Of a stretch of 64,000 nt of DNA, positions 9,579-20,535 are shown piece by piece (within the stretch, counting starts at the first letter, position 1; every line of letters begins with the position of its first letter). The stretch comes from an uncultured Gemmatimonadaceae bacterium (lineage in GTDB: Bacteria; Gemmatimonadota; Gemmatimonadetes; Gemmatimonadales; Gemmatimonadaceae), in contig CAVUDW010000002.1 of assembly GCA_963740355.1 (NCBI GenBank), forward strand, positions 320,001-384,000. The letters run 5' to 3'. The notes below the pieces were generated by a model that was not told where the DNA came from, did not search any database, and worked only from the letters and a program-made list of their open reading frames with translations. The translations under genes were made by a program, and so were the position numbers.

Positions 9579-9763
9579 GAATCCTTGTGCAGTGGGAGCT
9601 GCGCGCGGCCATCGATGTCGGTGGTATCGCGCGCAAGCCAATTTTCCGGATCGCCTCGGGCAATGCAAGCGATTGCGACGTGTGGTCTGCTGGATAGGCA
9701 TACCCCGATCGGGATGGGGGGTTACCGTTGGGGATCCCATCTCTTCCACTCGTTGGAGCAAGC

Positions 9764-11047
9764 ATGCGCATTCGGCACGTGTTGCTGGCCCTCGTTCTCG
9801 TGACGCAGGATCTTTTCGCCCAGGCGGCGCCGGTGACGGCAATCCGCGCGGCGCGGCTCATCATTGGCGACGGGACGCAGGTCGAGTCGCCGGTGGTCGT
9901 GATCACCGGTGATCGCATCACGGCCGTCGGGCCCGCGTCACAGGTTCGGGTGCCGAACGGTGCGCGGGTGATCGATCTCGCCGGCTATACGCTGATGCCC
10001 GGCTTTTTCGACATGCACACCCACCTGACGTCGATCGACAACGATGGTGGCGACCTCTCGGTGCTGAAGGAGACCGCAGCCCACGGCGCGATCTACGCCG
10101 TGATCAACGCGAAGAAGACCCTCGACGCTGGCTTCACCACCGTGCGCGAGGCCGGGTCGACCGACTATGTGGACATCACCGTGCGTGACGCCATCAACCG
10201 CGGATTGATTCCTGGTCCGCGCATTCACGCCTCAGGCCCGTCGCTGGGCAGCACGGGTGGCCACGCGGACGTGAATGGCTGGAGCCCGAACATCCAGATC
10301 CCGGGCACCGGCGCGATCGTCGATGGCCCGGACGCGATTCGTCACCAGGTGCGACTCAACGTCAAGTACGGTGCCGACCAGATCAAGTTCGTCGCCACCG
10401 GTGGCATCCTGTCGGTGGGTGATGCCGTCAACGCACCGCAGTACGGCGACGATGAGATGAAGGCGCTGGTCGACGAAGCCACGCGACTGGGGCGCAAGGT
10501 GATGGCGCATGCACATGGTGGTGCCGGCCTGCTGGCGGCGGTGAATGCCGGCGCGGCATCGATCGAACATGGCAGCCTGGTGGACGATGCGGCGATCACG
10601 GCGATGAAGGCACGGGGCACCTATCTCGTCCCCACGCTGATCATCCTCGAGGAGATCGTGAAGGATGGTGCGCGCAAAGGGGTTCCGGCAAACTCCGTGG
10701 CCAAGGCCACCGCGATCGCGGCGGAGCGTCGGGTCCGGCTGCGCCACGCGTATCAGTCGGGCGTGAAGTTTGCGCTCGGAACCGATGCCACCAGTGACAT
10801 CCACGGTCGCAACGGTGAGGAGTTCAAGTACATGGTCGACATTCTTGGTGCGACACCAATGGATGCGATCACCGTAGGGACCATGAACGCCGCCACGCTA
10901 CTGGGGGTAGAGAAGGAGTTCGGGAGCGTGACCGTCGGCAAGGTGGCGGACCTGGTGGCCGTGCAGGGTAATCCGCTGCAGGACATCGCACTTCTCGCCC
11001 ATGTGCAGTTCGTGATGAAGGGTGGCGTGGTGGTGAAATCGAAGTGA
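9764..11047 (+). CDS. Metal-dependent amidohydrolase (Xaa-Pro dipeptidase-like), secreted
   Basis: PGFFDMHTH, GADQIK, AHAHG, SIEHG and GTD motifs; signal peptide. Confidence 0.92.
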   Translation: MRIRHVLLALVLVTQDLFAQAAPVTAIRAARLIIGDGTQVESPVVVITGDRITAVGPASQVRVPNGARVIDLAGYTLMPGFFDMHTHLTSIDNDGGDLSVLKETAAHGAIYAVINAKKTLDAGFTTVREAGSTDYVDITVRDAINRGLIPGPRIHASGPSLGSTGGHADVNGWSPNIQIPGTGAIVDGPDAIRHQVRLNVKYGADQIKFVATGGILSVGDAVNAPQYGDDEMKALVDEATRLGRKVMAHAHGGAGLLAAVNAGAASIEHGSLVDDAAITAMKARGTYLVPTLIILEEIVKDGARKGVPANSVAKATAIAAERRVRLRHAYQSGVKFALGTDATSDIHGRNGEEFKYMVDILGATPMDAITVGTMNAATLLGVEKEFGSVTVGKVADLVAVQGNPLQDIALLAHVQFVMKGGVVVKSK

Positions 11048-11102
11048 GCTGTTCCGGGGGTGTGGCGGTCGCACGCCCCGCCTGCAGTGCGTCGCCCATC
11101 CC

Positions 11103-12836
11103 GTGCCCATCATGAGTTCATCTGATCTCGACCATGTGCGCGCCTGTCTCGGCGCGAAATACGCGATCGAGCGCGAGCTTGGGCGCGGCGGCATGGGCAC
11201 GGTGTATCTCGCACGCGACCTGCGCCTTGATCGGCAGGTCGCCCTCAAGGTCCTGCCGACGGCGTACGCGCTCGATGCGGCGCTGCGCGAGCGGTTCCTG
11301 CGAGAAACACGGACGGCGGCATCCTTCTCGCACCCGAACATCGTGCCGGTCCACGCGATCGAGGAGAGCGATGACCTGGTGGCGTTCGCGATGGGATACG
11401 TCGAAGGCGCGGTGCTGACTGAGCGCGTGCGTCGCGGCGGGCCGCTGGGAACACGCGAGTTGGTACGGCTGCTGCAGGATATCGGGTACGCGCTGGCGTA
11501 TGCGCACGGTCGGGGCGTGGTGCATCGCGACATCAAGCCCGACAACGTGATGATCGAGCGCGCGACCGGTCGTGCACTGCTGATGGATTTCGGCATCTCG
11601 CGCACCATCACCACATCGCCCACCGGTGTGGCTGGACTGACGCGTGTTGGCGAGGTGGTTGGCACACCGTCATACATGAGCCCCGAACAGGCCTCGGCCG
11701 ACGCGCTCGATGGTCGCAGCGATCTCTATTCGCTTGGGCTGGTCGCTTTCTTCGCGGCGACGGGCCGCACCGCCATGTCAGGGTCGTCTCCGCAGCGGAT
11801 CCTGATTCGGCAGCTGACCGAAACGGTCCCGCCGCTCGCCGACGAACGCAATGACCTGCCGCAGTCGCTGACCGATGCCATCGATCGCTGTGTGGCCAAG
11901 GATCCGGCGTTGCGCTTCCCGAGTGCCGCAGCGCTGGTCGAGGCGATCGACGAGGCCCAATTGGCCGCGCCCGACATTCCGATTCCGATCCGCGGCTTCG
12001 CGCAGGAACTCGGGACGCTGTCGTTGTTCAGCTTCATCATGTTGCTGCTCGGCTACTGGAGCTATCGCACCGGCCCGAAGCAGCTTGCCACGATCGAGCG
12101 CATGCTGCCGCTGGTGCTGTTTCTCGGCATCATCCTGACGCGCGTCCTGCAGTCGCTCTCGGTCGTGCGCCGGCTGGCGGAGGCGGGATTTTCGGCGTCG
12201 GACATCATGCGCGGCCTGCGTGGTACCGTGGATGAACAGGCGTCATTGCGCGATCAGATCAAGCGCAGCGCCGCATCGCACCGCCGGCGCCGGAAGACGA
12301 TCCTGATCGCGCTCATCCAGCTGCCAGTGGGGGCAGGCCTGCTGTACATGGCGAGCCGACTGCGGAGCGAGAACATGCCGCCCCCCGGGTCGACACCAGC
12401 GGCACAAGTCATCGTGCCGCCGCAGGCGGTGCCCGCAGCCGAAACACCGACTGTGCTCGGCATCACGCTGGTCTTCACCGGGCTGATGCTCTTCGCCGTC
12501 AGCTTCGTGTTGCTGTCACGCTCGCCATTCCGCATGTCACCCGGCGAGCGGATGTTCCGCCTCATCTGGCTCGGTCCGATCGGTCGCACGTTCGTTCGGA
12601 TCGGTGCGCGCAGCGTGCCGGCGCGACAGGGTTTTGGTGAGACGCCGCGCCCCGCGACACAGTCGCCAAGCCTGGTCGACGACGACCTGCCGCTGATTGC
12701 AGCACTCCCGGCACCGGTCGCGCCGTTCGTCGCGCAGTCACCACTGCCCGACCCGCCGCCAGGTCAGCTGACGGGCAACTCCCTCGAAGCGCGCGTCAAG
12801 GCGCTGGAGGAGTGGCGGGAGCGAATGTTGCCATGA
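11103..12836 (+). CDS. Hanks-type Ser/Thr protein kinase with TM C-terminal region
   Basis: LGRGGMGTVY, VALK, HRDIKPDN, DFG and GTPSYMSPE motifs. Confidence 0.95.
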   Translation: MPIMSSSDLDHVRACLGAKYAIERELGRGGMGTVYLARDLRLDRQVALKVLPTAYALDAALRERFLRETRTAASFSHPNIVPVHAIEESDDLVAFAMGYVEGAVLTERVRRGGPLGTRELVRLLQDIGYALAYAHGRGVVHRDIKPDNVMIERATGRALLMDFGISRTITTSPTGVAGLTRVGEVVGTPSYMSPEQASADALDGRSDLYSLGLVAFFAATGRTAMSGSSPQRILIRQLTETVPPLADERNDLPQSLTDAIDRCVAKDPALRFPSAAALVEAIDEAQLAAPDIPIPIRGFAQELGTLSLFSFIMLLLGYWSYRTGPKQLATIERMLPLVLFLGIILTRVLQSLSVVRRLAEAGFSASDIMRGLRGTVDEQASLRDQIKRSAASHRRRRKTILIALIQLPVGAGLLYMASRLRSENMPPPGSTPAAQVIVPPQAVPAAETPTVLGITLVFTGLMLFAVSFVLLSRSPFRMSPGERMFRLIWLGPIGRTFVRIGARSVPARQGFGETPRPATQSPSLVDDDLPLIAALPAPVAPFVAQSPLPDPPPGQLTGNSLEARVKALEEWRERMLP

Positions 12837-15009
12837 AGCGCATCGCCCCCAGCGGATTGGAATAGTCGTCCGTCCATGTGCGTGCTGCCCGCTGCATGAT
12901 CGGCATCCACTGCTCGTCGAGTGCCGGCACCTGGCCGGCAGGCGCCAGGAGGACCCACTCCGATGGGTATTTCAGCTCGGCTGCGTGTGCTGCAGTGATG
13001 TCCAGATCGGCGGCGGCGCGCGCTTCGAGCCCTGTAGCGCCCGCGACGGCGGCGAGAATCGGCTGCAGCTGGAAAAATCGATTGGAGACGTGGAAGAGCA
13101 GCGCTCCGCCGGGACGCAGATGTCGCGCATATCCCTCGACTGCCTCTCGAGTGAGCAGGTGGATCGGGATCGCGTCGGAGCTGAAGGCATCGATGATCAT
13201 CACATCGTATTTCGCACTGCGATCGCGCTCCAGTGCCAATCGTGCGTCGCCGAGGATCAACGATTGCGTCGCGGCGTTCGATCGGGCGAGATAGGTGAAC
13301 CACGTCGTGTCACTTGCCACGCGCGCCACGACCGGGTCCAGCTCGTAGAGGTCCCATTGCTCACCGGTACGCGCATAACATGCCAGCGCGCCGGAACCGA
13401 GTCCCACCAATGCGATGCGCCGCGGTGTGACGGACGGTGCGAGTGCCGTCAGGAAGCGACCAATCGGACCAGTGGGATGATAGTATGTCGCGGGATTGCA
13501 GCCCCGCATTTCGCTCACGCGCTGGATACCGTGTACCGTGGATCCGTGCACCAGCAGGTGCGCGTCGTGTACGCGATCGTATGACACCCGGACGCGGCCG
13601 AAGAAGCTGCGTTCGCCATAGAGGATGGTGCCGTAGGCCGACGGCACGAAAAGCGATGCGACCAGGAGGCCGGCGAGACGTCGCGCGAAGACGGTGCCAC
13701 GCTCGTTCGCATTGAGCACATACAGCGCGGCCGGTGCGAACAGCAGTGGCGACCAGCGCAATTGATCGACGGTGGAGTAGCGATAGAACAGCGTCGCTGC
13801 GATCAGGACCAGCGCGGACGGAATCACAACGTCGAGCCCGCGCTGCCACCAGCCGCTGATCGTCGGCTTGGTGGCGGTGAGTACGGTGGTCGCCAGCACC
13901 AGCGCGATGGGGTACTCACTCATTCGGTCCGTCACCAGCGGCGGCACCAGCAACGTGATCATCCCGCCCACTGCACCACCAATCGACATTGCGAGGTAGA
14001 ACTGCGGAAGGAACTGTGGATGCGGCGCCATCGACGCGATGCGCCGGTGGCAGATCAGGCTGGCGATGAAGAACACGGCCAGATGGGCCGGAATGAGTAC
14101 CGAGGCCGGTGAATTCGCCTCAGCGGCGAGCGCCACCACGATGAACAACACCGCTAGGGTCCAGGCCCGCTCCAGCAATGTGTACGGCGCCGTGGAGCGG
14201 CTGCCGAACGTGATGATGAAGGTGATCAGGTACAACGCGAGCGGCACAACCCAGAAGAGCGGGAGCGATGCGACATCAGTCAGGATGTAGTTGGTGACGC
14301 TGAGCAGCAGACTGGCTGGAATCGCGGCCAACGCAATGACACGCCACCAGGCAGCAGACGAGAAGCTTGCGGCGCCGGCGAATGCACCATCAGCCGCGGT
14401 CGGCGCTGCAGTTTCATCACCGTCCGTCGAAGGTCGCGTGAACGCCAGCGCCACGATCGAGACGATCACCACCGTCAGCAGGCCGAGGAAGACCGTGCGC
14501 TGTCCGGAGAGCGAGAGCCGCGGTTCGAAGACGAGGGGATACACGAACAGTCCGACCATGCTGCCAGCGTTGCTGGCCGCGTACAATCGGTAGGGACTCG
14601 ATGTCGTCGGCGCTGTGCCGTGCGCAAGCCACGACTGCACCAGTGTGGTCAGCGCAGCCAACGCCACGAAGGTGAGTAGCACGTGGCGCGTCAGCCAGAT
14701 GACGAGACTGATGCTGGGCGATGCCGCAACGAACTCGATGCTCTCGCCTGCACGCGGATAGACGATGAAGAGTGTGCAGAGGAGCAACACCTGCACCAAC
14801 ATCTGCCGGCTGATGGACAGGTGCCGCACCAGCAGCATCGCCAGCCCGTAACCCACCAGCAGCGCCACCTGGAAAAACACCATGCAGCTGTTCCAGAGCA
14901 GTGGTGTGCCGCCGAACGCAGGCAGCAACAGCTTTCCCACGTACGGTTCGAGCGAGAACAGCAGCAAGGAGCCGCCGAACGTGGCCGCCACCGCCAGCCA
15001 GGTGCGCAT
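12796..15009 (-). CDS. Fused membrane protein / spermidine synthase-like SAM-binding domain
   Basis: Multi-TM N-terminus; VGLGSG, YELDP, GDAR, DAFSSDAIP.HLLT and WTDDYS motifs; start overlaps the ridA stop (TGATG). Confidence 0.88.
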   Translation of the reverse strand: MRTWLAVAATFGGSLLLFSLEPYVGKLLLPAFGGTPLLWNSCMVFFQVALLVGYGLAMLLVRHLSISRQMLVQVLLLCTLFIVYPRAGESIEFVAASPSISLVIWLTRHVLLTFVALAALTTLVQSWLAHGTAPTTSSPYRLYAASNAGSMVGLFVYPLVFEPRLSLSGQRTVFLGLLTVVIVSIVALAFTRPSTDGDETAAPTAADGAFAGAASFSSAAWWRVIALAAIPASLLLSVTNYILTDVASLPLFWVVPLALYLITFIITFGSRSTAPYTLLERAWTLAVLFIVVALAAEANSPASVLIPAHLAVFFIASLICHRRIASMAPHPQFLPQFYLAMSIGGAVGGMITLLVPPLVTDRMSEYPIALVLATTVLTATKPTISGWWQRGLDVVIPSALVLIAATLFYRYSTVDQLRWSPLLFAPAALYVLNANERGTVFARRLAGLLVASLFVPSAYGTILYGERSFFGRVRVSYDRVHDAHLLVHGSTVHGIQRVSEMRGCNPATYYHPTGPIGRFLTALAPSVTPRRIALVGLGSGALACYARTGEQWDLYELDPVVARVASDTTWFTYLARSNAATQSLILGDARLALERDRSAKYDVMIIDAFSSDAIPIHLLTREAVEGYARHLRPGGALLFHVSNRFFQLQPILAAVAGATGLEARAAADLDITAAHAAELKYPSEWVLLAPAGQVPALDEQWMPIMQRAARTWTDDYSNPLGAMRFMATFAPATPPAP

Positions 15010-15401
15010 CAGTCTGGAATGACCGCGGTCACCTCGATCTCCACCAGCGCATCGTCTTCCATCAACCCGCTCACCTCGACGGCCGACATCGCCGCATTGT
15101 AGCTGCCGATGATCTCGCGAAAGGCGAGCCCAAGTTCCGCCGCAGCCTCGAGGTACGCTTCCTTGTCGAGCACGTACCAGGTCATGCGAACGATGTGTTC
15201 CGGCTTCGCACCGGCTTCGGCCAGCACTGCCACGATGTTTTCGAGCGCCTTCCGCGCCTGACCGCCGATGGTGTTGCTGGGGAACTTGCAGTTCGTGTCC
15301 CAGCCGACCATGCCTGCGACGAACACCATCTCGCCGCGCACAGCGACGCCGTTCGAATACCCGCGTGGCCGCGGCCAACCGGGTGGCAGCAGGATGCGCA
15401 T
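15009..15401 (-). CDS. RidA/YjgF family enamine deaminase
   Basis: PRGYSNGV, VFVAG and LVEIEVTA motifs. Confidence 0.9.
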   Translation of the reverse strand: MRILLPPGWPRPRGYSNGVAVRGEMVFVAGMVGWDTNCKFPSNTIGGQARKALENIVAVLAEAGAKPEHIVRMTWYVLDKEAYLEAAAELGLAFREIIGSYNAAMSAVEVSGLMEDDALVEIEVTAVIPD

Positions 15402-15495
15402 CAGGGAACCTCCGTCACTGCGTGACGCTGGAAGGTGTGACGAGATGGGTGACGCGACGAATGGCGCGACGGGGAAGACCGCGGCTCGTGCGCGG

Positions 15496-17106
15496 TCATG
15501 CGGGGTCCTTGAGCCGGAACCGCTGCAGCTTGCCCGTCTCGGTGCGCGGCAACTGTGTACGGAATTCGATCGCGCGAGGATACTTGTACGGGGCGACGGT
15601 CTGCTTCACGAAGTCCTGCAATTCCTTCACTAGTGCCGCACTTGGCGAGTGCCCATCGCGCAGCACGATGTAGGCTTTCACGAGCTGACCGCGTTCCTCG
15701 TCCGGCACACCAATCACTCCGCACTCCGCCACCGCAGGGTGGCGCAGGACCGCCTCCTCGACTTCCGGGGCCGCGATGTTGTAGCCCGCCGAGATGATCA
15801 TGTCATCGGTGCGCGACTGATAGTGGAAGTAGCCGTCGGCATCGACCAGGTAGGCATCGCCGGTGAGGTTCCAGCCGTCGTGCACATAGGCCCGCTGCCG
15901 GTCATCTGCGAGGTAGCGACACCCCGTTGGCCCCTTCACGGCGAGACGACCGACCTGCCCCACGTCGGCCGGATTCCCCTGGTCATCGAGCACCGTGGCG
16001 ATGTATCCGGGCACCGCCTTCCCCGTCGCGCCGGGTCGCGCGTGTGCCTCATCGGCCGAGATGAAGATGTGCAACATCTCGGTTGCCCCAATGCCGTCGA
16101 TCAGCTCGATCCCCGTCGCATCGCGCCAGAGTTGCCGCGTGGAAGCCGGCAGCACCTCGCCGGCGGATACGCACTGCCGAAGCGACGACGCACGCAGCCT
16201 CTCGCCGTGTTGTGCCATCGTCCGATAGGTGGTCGGGGCGGTGAAGAGCGTGGTGGCTCCGAACTCCACGATCGCGTCCAGCAGGTTCTGTGGTGACGGC
16301 CGTTCCAGGAGCACCGCAGAAGCACCGACCTGCATCGGAAAGAGCACCAGCCCACCAAGTCCGAAGGTGAAGGCCAGCGGGGGGCTGCCGATGAACACGT
16401 CATCCTGATGCGGCCGAAGGATATGCTTCGGCCAGCAGGCGCAGATCGCCATCACGTCACGATGAAAATGCATCGTGCCCTTCGGCTGCCCAGTCGTGCC
16501 GGATGTGAAGGCGATGATGCAGGTGTCGTCCGAGGCGGTGTCGACGTTGGTGAAGTGCGACGAGGCGTTGGCCATCAGGCTTTCCAGCGCATCGTCCTCG
16601 GTGCTGTTGAACAGTCGCAGCGACACCGGCTGGGCACTCTGCCCAAGCGCTACCTCCAGCTCAGCCTCCAGTGCGGCATCACACAATGCGTGTGTCACCT
16701 GTGCCTTCTCGATCACCTTCTGCAGTTCACCCGCGCGCAAGAGCGGCATGGTGGCAACGGCGATACCGCCCGCCTTGATGACGCCGAACCAGCAGGCCAC
16801 CATCATCGGGTTGTTCGGGGCGCGCAGCAGCACTCGATTGCCGGGGACCAGTCCCAGCTGCTCCACCAGCACGTTTGCGACACGATTGGCGTGTCGCTGC
16901 AGCTCGGCGTACGTCCAGGTGAGCCCCGAGCCGCGCAGGCAGATCCGATCGCCGCGACCGCTCTCGATGTGGCGGTCGAGCAACTCCGTGGCACAGTTCA
17001 GCTGTTCGGGGAACTGCAGTTCCGGCAGCGAGAAGATGAACTCCGGCAGCAGTTCCGCCGCCGGCAGGTTGTCGTGCGCGAAGGTGTCGACATGAGCGCT
17101 TGGCAT
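15496..17106 (-). CDS. abmG: 2-aminobenzoate-CoA ligase (benzoate-CoA ligase family)
   Basis: SAHVDTFA.DNLP N-terminus; FTSGTTGQPKG, DGIGATE and PRTETGK motifs; operon context. Confidence 0.85.
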   Translation of the reverse strand: MPSAHVDTFAHDNLPAAELLPEFIFSLPELQFPEQLNCATELLDRHIESGRGDRICLRGSGLTWTYAELQRHANRVANVLVEQLGLVPGNRVLLRAPNNPMMVACWFGVIKAGGIAVATMPLLRAGELQKVIEKAQVTHALCDAALEAELEVALGQSAQPVSLRLFNSTEDDALESLMANASSHFTNVDTASDDTCIIAFTSGTTGQPKGTMHFHRDVMAICACWPKHILRPHQDDVFIGSPPLAFTFGLGGLVLFPMQVGASAVLLERPSPQNLLDAIVEFGATTLFTAPTTYRTMAQHGERLRASSLRQCVSAGEVLPASTRQLWRDATGIELIDGIGATEMLHIFISADEAHARPGATGKAVPGYIATVLDDQGNPADVGQVGRLAVKGPTGCRYLADDRQRAYVHDGWNLTGDAYLVDADGYFHYQSRTDDMIISAGYNIAAPEVEEAVLRHPAVAECGVIGVPDEERGQLVKAYIVLRDGHSPSAALVKELQDFVKQTVAPYKYPRAIEFRTQLPRTETGKLQRFRLKDPA

Positions 17107-17109
17107 TGG

Positions 17110-18283
17110 CTAGCGCTCCGCCGTGCGCTCACGCAGCAACTCGCGCGCGATGATCAGCAACTGCACCTCGGTCGCACCCTCATAGATGCGCAGCGATCGG
17201 ATCTCGCGATAGAGCTGCTCCACCGGATTGCCGCTCATCACGCCCAGCCCGCCAAGCAGCTGCACGGCGGCATCGATCACCTCCTGGGCGCCTTCGGTGG
17301 CGACCAGTTTCGCCATCGCGGCCTCGCGCGTGACCGTCTCGCCGCGGTCCCGCATCCAGGCGGCGCGGTAGGTGTGCAACGCGGCGCTGTCGATGGTGGT
17401 GGCCATCTGCGCCAGCTTCGCCTGCGTGAGCTGCAGGTCGCTCAGCTTGCCGCCGAACATGGGTCGCGTGGTCGCACGCGCGAGTGCTTCGTCGAGCGCG
17501 CGGCGCGCAAAGCCAAGCGAGGCTGCGGCGACCGAGGTGCGAAAGACATCGAGCGTACGCATTGCGACCTTGAACCCTTCGCCGGCTGTCCCGACCCGCG
17601 CCGTGAGTGGCACTCGGCATCCGGTGAATCGCAGCCGCGCCAGCGGGTGCGGTGCGATCACCTCGATCCGCTCCGCAATCTCCAGCCCTGCGGTGTCGGC
17701 ATCGACGATGAAGGCCGAGATGCCGCGTGAACCCGCCGCCTCACCGGTGCGCGCGAAGACCACGTAGAAATCCGCGATGCCGCCGTTGCTGATCCAGGTC
17801 TTCTCGCCATCCAGAATCGCGTGGTCTCCCTCGATCCGCGCCGCGCAGGACATCGCGGCGACATCGGAGCCTGCGTCCGGCTCCGACAGCGCGAACGCCG
17901 CGATGGCCTCGCCGCGGGCCACGCGGGGCAGGTATCGCTCGCGTTGCGCCGGCGTGCCGGCAAGGCTGATCGCGCCTGAGCCAAGCCCCTGCATGGCGAA
18001 GGCGAAGTCCGCCAGGCCATCGTGACGCGCCAGTGTCTCGCGAATGAGGCAGATGGCGCGTGTGTCGATCTGTGCGCCAGCGCCACCGTGCGCAATGCCA
18101 GCCACGGCATGTGTCAACCAGCCCGAGAAACCAAGGTGCCGCACAAGGGTGCGACAGTCATCGTCGACGTTGGTGTGGGCGACATGGGTGAGATTCGCAT
18201 CGCACCATTCCTCGAGTTGCTGCCGCCAGCGCGCGATGGTGTGGCTCGAAAAACGGCCAGTCGAGGTATCGCATGTCACTCAT
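17110..18283 (-). CDS. Acyl-CoA dehydrogenase (apparent frameshift near codon 20)
   Basis: [20 protein letters not shown] and RIYEGATE motifs; the family-like N-terminus [20 protein letters not shown] (ATG 18283, GGAG RBS) is in a different frame from the body. Confidence 0.88.
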
Positions 18284-18323
18284 GGGCCGCACTCCACTGT
18301 CGTGATCCGCTGGACGGCGTGCA

Positions 18324-19199
18324 TCAGTTCCCCTCGAAGATGGGACGCTGCTTGGCGACGAAGGCGTGATAGGCGCGGCCGAAGTCTTCCGTCAACATGC
18401 AGAGGGCCTGGACCTGCGCCTCCGATGCAATCGCGTCGTCCACGCCCATGGCCCATTCCTGATGGAGCATCGACTTGGTCAGACCGTTCGCGAACGTCGG
18501 GCCATGCGCGATATCATGTGCGAGCGACATCGCCTCGGACATCAGAACGTCCGGCGTGCAGAGTCGATTGAAGAACCCCCACTGCAGTGCGTCGTCGCCG
18601 GCCAGTGATCGACCGGTGAACAGCAACTCGCTGGCGCGGCCCTGGCCGATAATGCGGGGCAGCATCGCACAGGCACCCATGTCGCAGCCGGCCAGGCCCA
18701 CGCGATTGAAGAGGAAGGCGGTCTTGCTGCGCGCCGTGCCGCATCGCAGGTCGGACGCCATGGCGAGAATCGCCCCCGCCCCCGCACAGACCCCGTCGAT
18801 GGCGGCGATGATCGGCTGCGGGCAATGCCGCATCGCCTTCACCAGGGCGCCCGTCATCTGCGTGAAGCGCAGAAGATCCGGCGCGCTCAGCCCCACCAAC
18901 GGCCCGATGATTTCGTGCACATCACCACCCGAGCTGAAGTTGCCGCCCTCGCCGGTGATCACGATGGCCTTCACATCCTCGGCGAAGCGCAGCCCTTCGA
19001 ACAGGTCGCGGAGTTCGGCGTACGATGCGAACGTGAGCGGGTTCTTTCGCTCCGGGCGGTTGAGCGTCACCACGCCAACGCGGTCCTGCACGGTCCATCC
19101 AAAGTGCTGCGCGCTGTAGCCCGCCAGTGGACGCGAGGTCCCGGCGAGGAGTGACGGGTCGACTGGAGTCGGTGTGACGCCGTTCGTTTGTTCGCTCAT
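18324..19199 (-). CDS. Enoyl-CoA hydratase/isomerase family protein
   Basis: [15 protein letters not shown] and [12 protein letters not shown] motifs. Confidence 0.92.
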   Translation of the reverse strand: MSEQTNGVTPTPVDPSLLAGTSRPLAGYSAQHFGWTVQDRVGVVTLNRPERKNPLTFASYAELRDLFEGLRFAEDVKAIVITGEGGNFSSGGDVHEIIGPLVGLSAPDLLRFTQMTGALVKAMRHCPQPIIAAIDGVCAGAGAILAMASDLRCGTARSKTAFLFNRVGLAGCDMGACAMLPRIIGQGRASELLFTGRSLAGDDALQWGFFNRLCTPDVLMSEAMSLAHDIAHGPTFANGLTKSMLHQEWAMGVDDAIASEAQVQALCMLTEDFGRAYHAFVAKQRPIFEGN

Positions 19200-19759
19200 G
19201 CTGTCGCTCCCGACCGACGTGTTCGACGCACGGTCGCAGGGGGTGGTTCGGGTTGATCGGCCAGTTGCACCCGCAGCTTGCCGAGCAGCTCGTACATCTG
19301 GCGCTGCTCGGCGGCGCTCATGCCGCTGAACATCGTCACCAGCCACGACTCGTGCGTTGCGGCCAGCTTGTCGAACAGCTTGCGGCCCTTCCTCGTGAGC
19401 GACACGCGTGACGAGCGTCGATCGTGCGGCTCGACGATTCGCTCCACCAGCCCTTCCTTCTCGAGTTCATCCGCCAGCCCAGTCACATTGCCGCCAGTCA
19501 CCATCAGGTAGCGCGACAGCACGCTCATCGTGAGCCCATCCGGATGCCGATGGAGCTGCGCCATGAAGTCGAATCGCGCCAGGGTGATGCAGGCCTCCTG
19601 GCGCAGTCGCTTGCGAATGGTGGTCTCGACTTGAGTGCTGCACGAGAGCAGGCGCAACCAAAGCTTCAGCGACTGATGGTTCTCCGACACCACCCGTCCT
19701 TCGAGCCCAATCGACTCGTGGTCGAGAAGTGGCGACGCAGCGCGGCGGCTCGGGCTCAC
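19196..19759 (-). CDS. MarR-family transcriptional regulator
   Basis: [15 protein letters not shown] and DRRS..V.LT.KG motifs. Confidence 0.92.
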   Translation of the reverse strand: MSPSRRAASPLLDHESIGLEGRVVSENHQSLKLWLRLLSCSTQVETTIRKRLRQEACITLARFDFMAQLHRHPDGLTMSVLSRYLMVTGGNVTGLADELEKEGLVERIVEPHDRRSSRVSLTRKGRKLFDKLAATHESWLVTMFSGMSAAEQRQMYELLGKLRVQLADQPEPPPATVRRTRRSGATA

Positions 19760-20535
19760 ATGACCTCCCCACCGCTGATTGACAGGGACTGGCCGGTGAC
19801 CGAGCCCGCAGCGTCACTGCACAGCCAGCGCACGGCAGCGGCCACCTCGTCCGGTTGGATCAGCCGTCCCTGCGGATTGGTCTTCGTCAGCTCGCTGCGC
19901 GCCGCTGCCTCGGTTCGTCCCGTTTTCGCCACGATGACGTCGAGGCTCTGCTGCAGCATCTCGGTTTCGGTAAAACCGGGACAGATCGCGTTCACCGTGA
20001 CGCTGGTCGATGCCAGCTCGAGCGCGAGGGATCGTGTCAGCCCGATCACGCCATGCTTGGCCGCAGAGTAGGCGGCGACGTAGGCGTAGCCGCGTTGTCC
20101 TGCGGTGCTGGCGATGTTCACGATCCGGCCTGCGCGCGCCATCAGGATGTCGGACAGCGCCTGCTGCGTGCAGAGGAACGTGCCCGTCAGGTTCACGGAC
20201 AGCATGCGATCCCAGAGTTCACGCGAGGTGCGGCGGAACGGCGCGCTGTCGGCCTGGCCCGCGTTGTTCACCAGGATCGCGATGTTACCGCGTGCCTGTC
20301 GCGCCGCAGCGAACGCGAGGGCGACGTCGTCAGCGTCCGACACATCGGCGGTCACCACGGTGACGTCGCCACCCAGCGTGGCGGCCAGACTCTCCAGCGG
20401 CGCACGTCGTCGGCCCAGCAGGGTGAGTGACGCCCCGTCGGCCGACAAGCCGCGCGCGATGGCTGCGCCAATGCCCTGGCCAGCACCGGTGATCAGCGCA
20501 TGCTGCCCTGCCAGTGGGCGAGGGGCCACGCTCAT
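19756..20535 (-). CDS. SDR-family oxidoreductase (3-hydroxyacyl-CoA dehydrogenase-like)
   Basis: [12 protein letters not shown] and YSAAK motifs. Confidence 0.92.
   Translation of the reverse strand: MSVAPRPLAGQHALITGAGQGIGAAIARGLSADGASLTLLGRRRAPLESLAATLGGDVTVVTADVSDADDVALAFAAARQARGNIAILVNNAGQADSAPFRRTSRELWDRMLSVNLTGTFLCTQQALSDILMARAGRIVNIASTAGQRGYAYVAAYSAAKHGVIGLTRSLALELASTSVTVNAICPGFTETEMLQQSLDVIVAKTGRTEAAARSELTKTNPQGRLIQPDEVAAAVRWLCSDAAGSVTGQSLSISGGEVM

Noticed and set aside
12796..15378. 860-aa ORF as a single protein
   Set aside because: The first ~123 aa overlap ridA in another frame; the likely start is ATG 15009. Similar over-extended starts were trimmed for several other ORFs.
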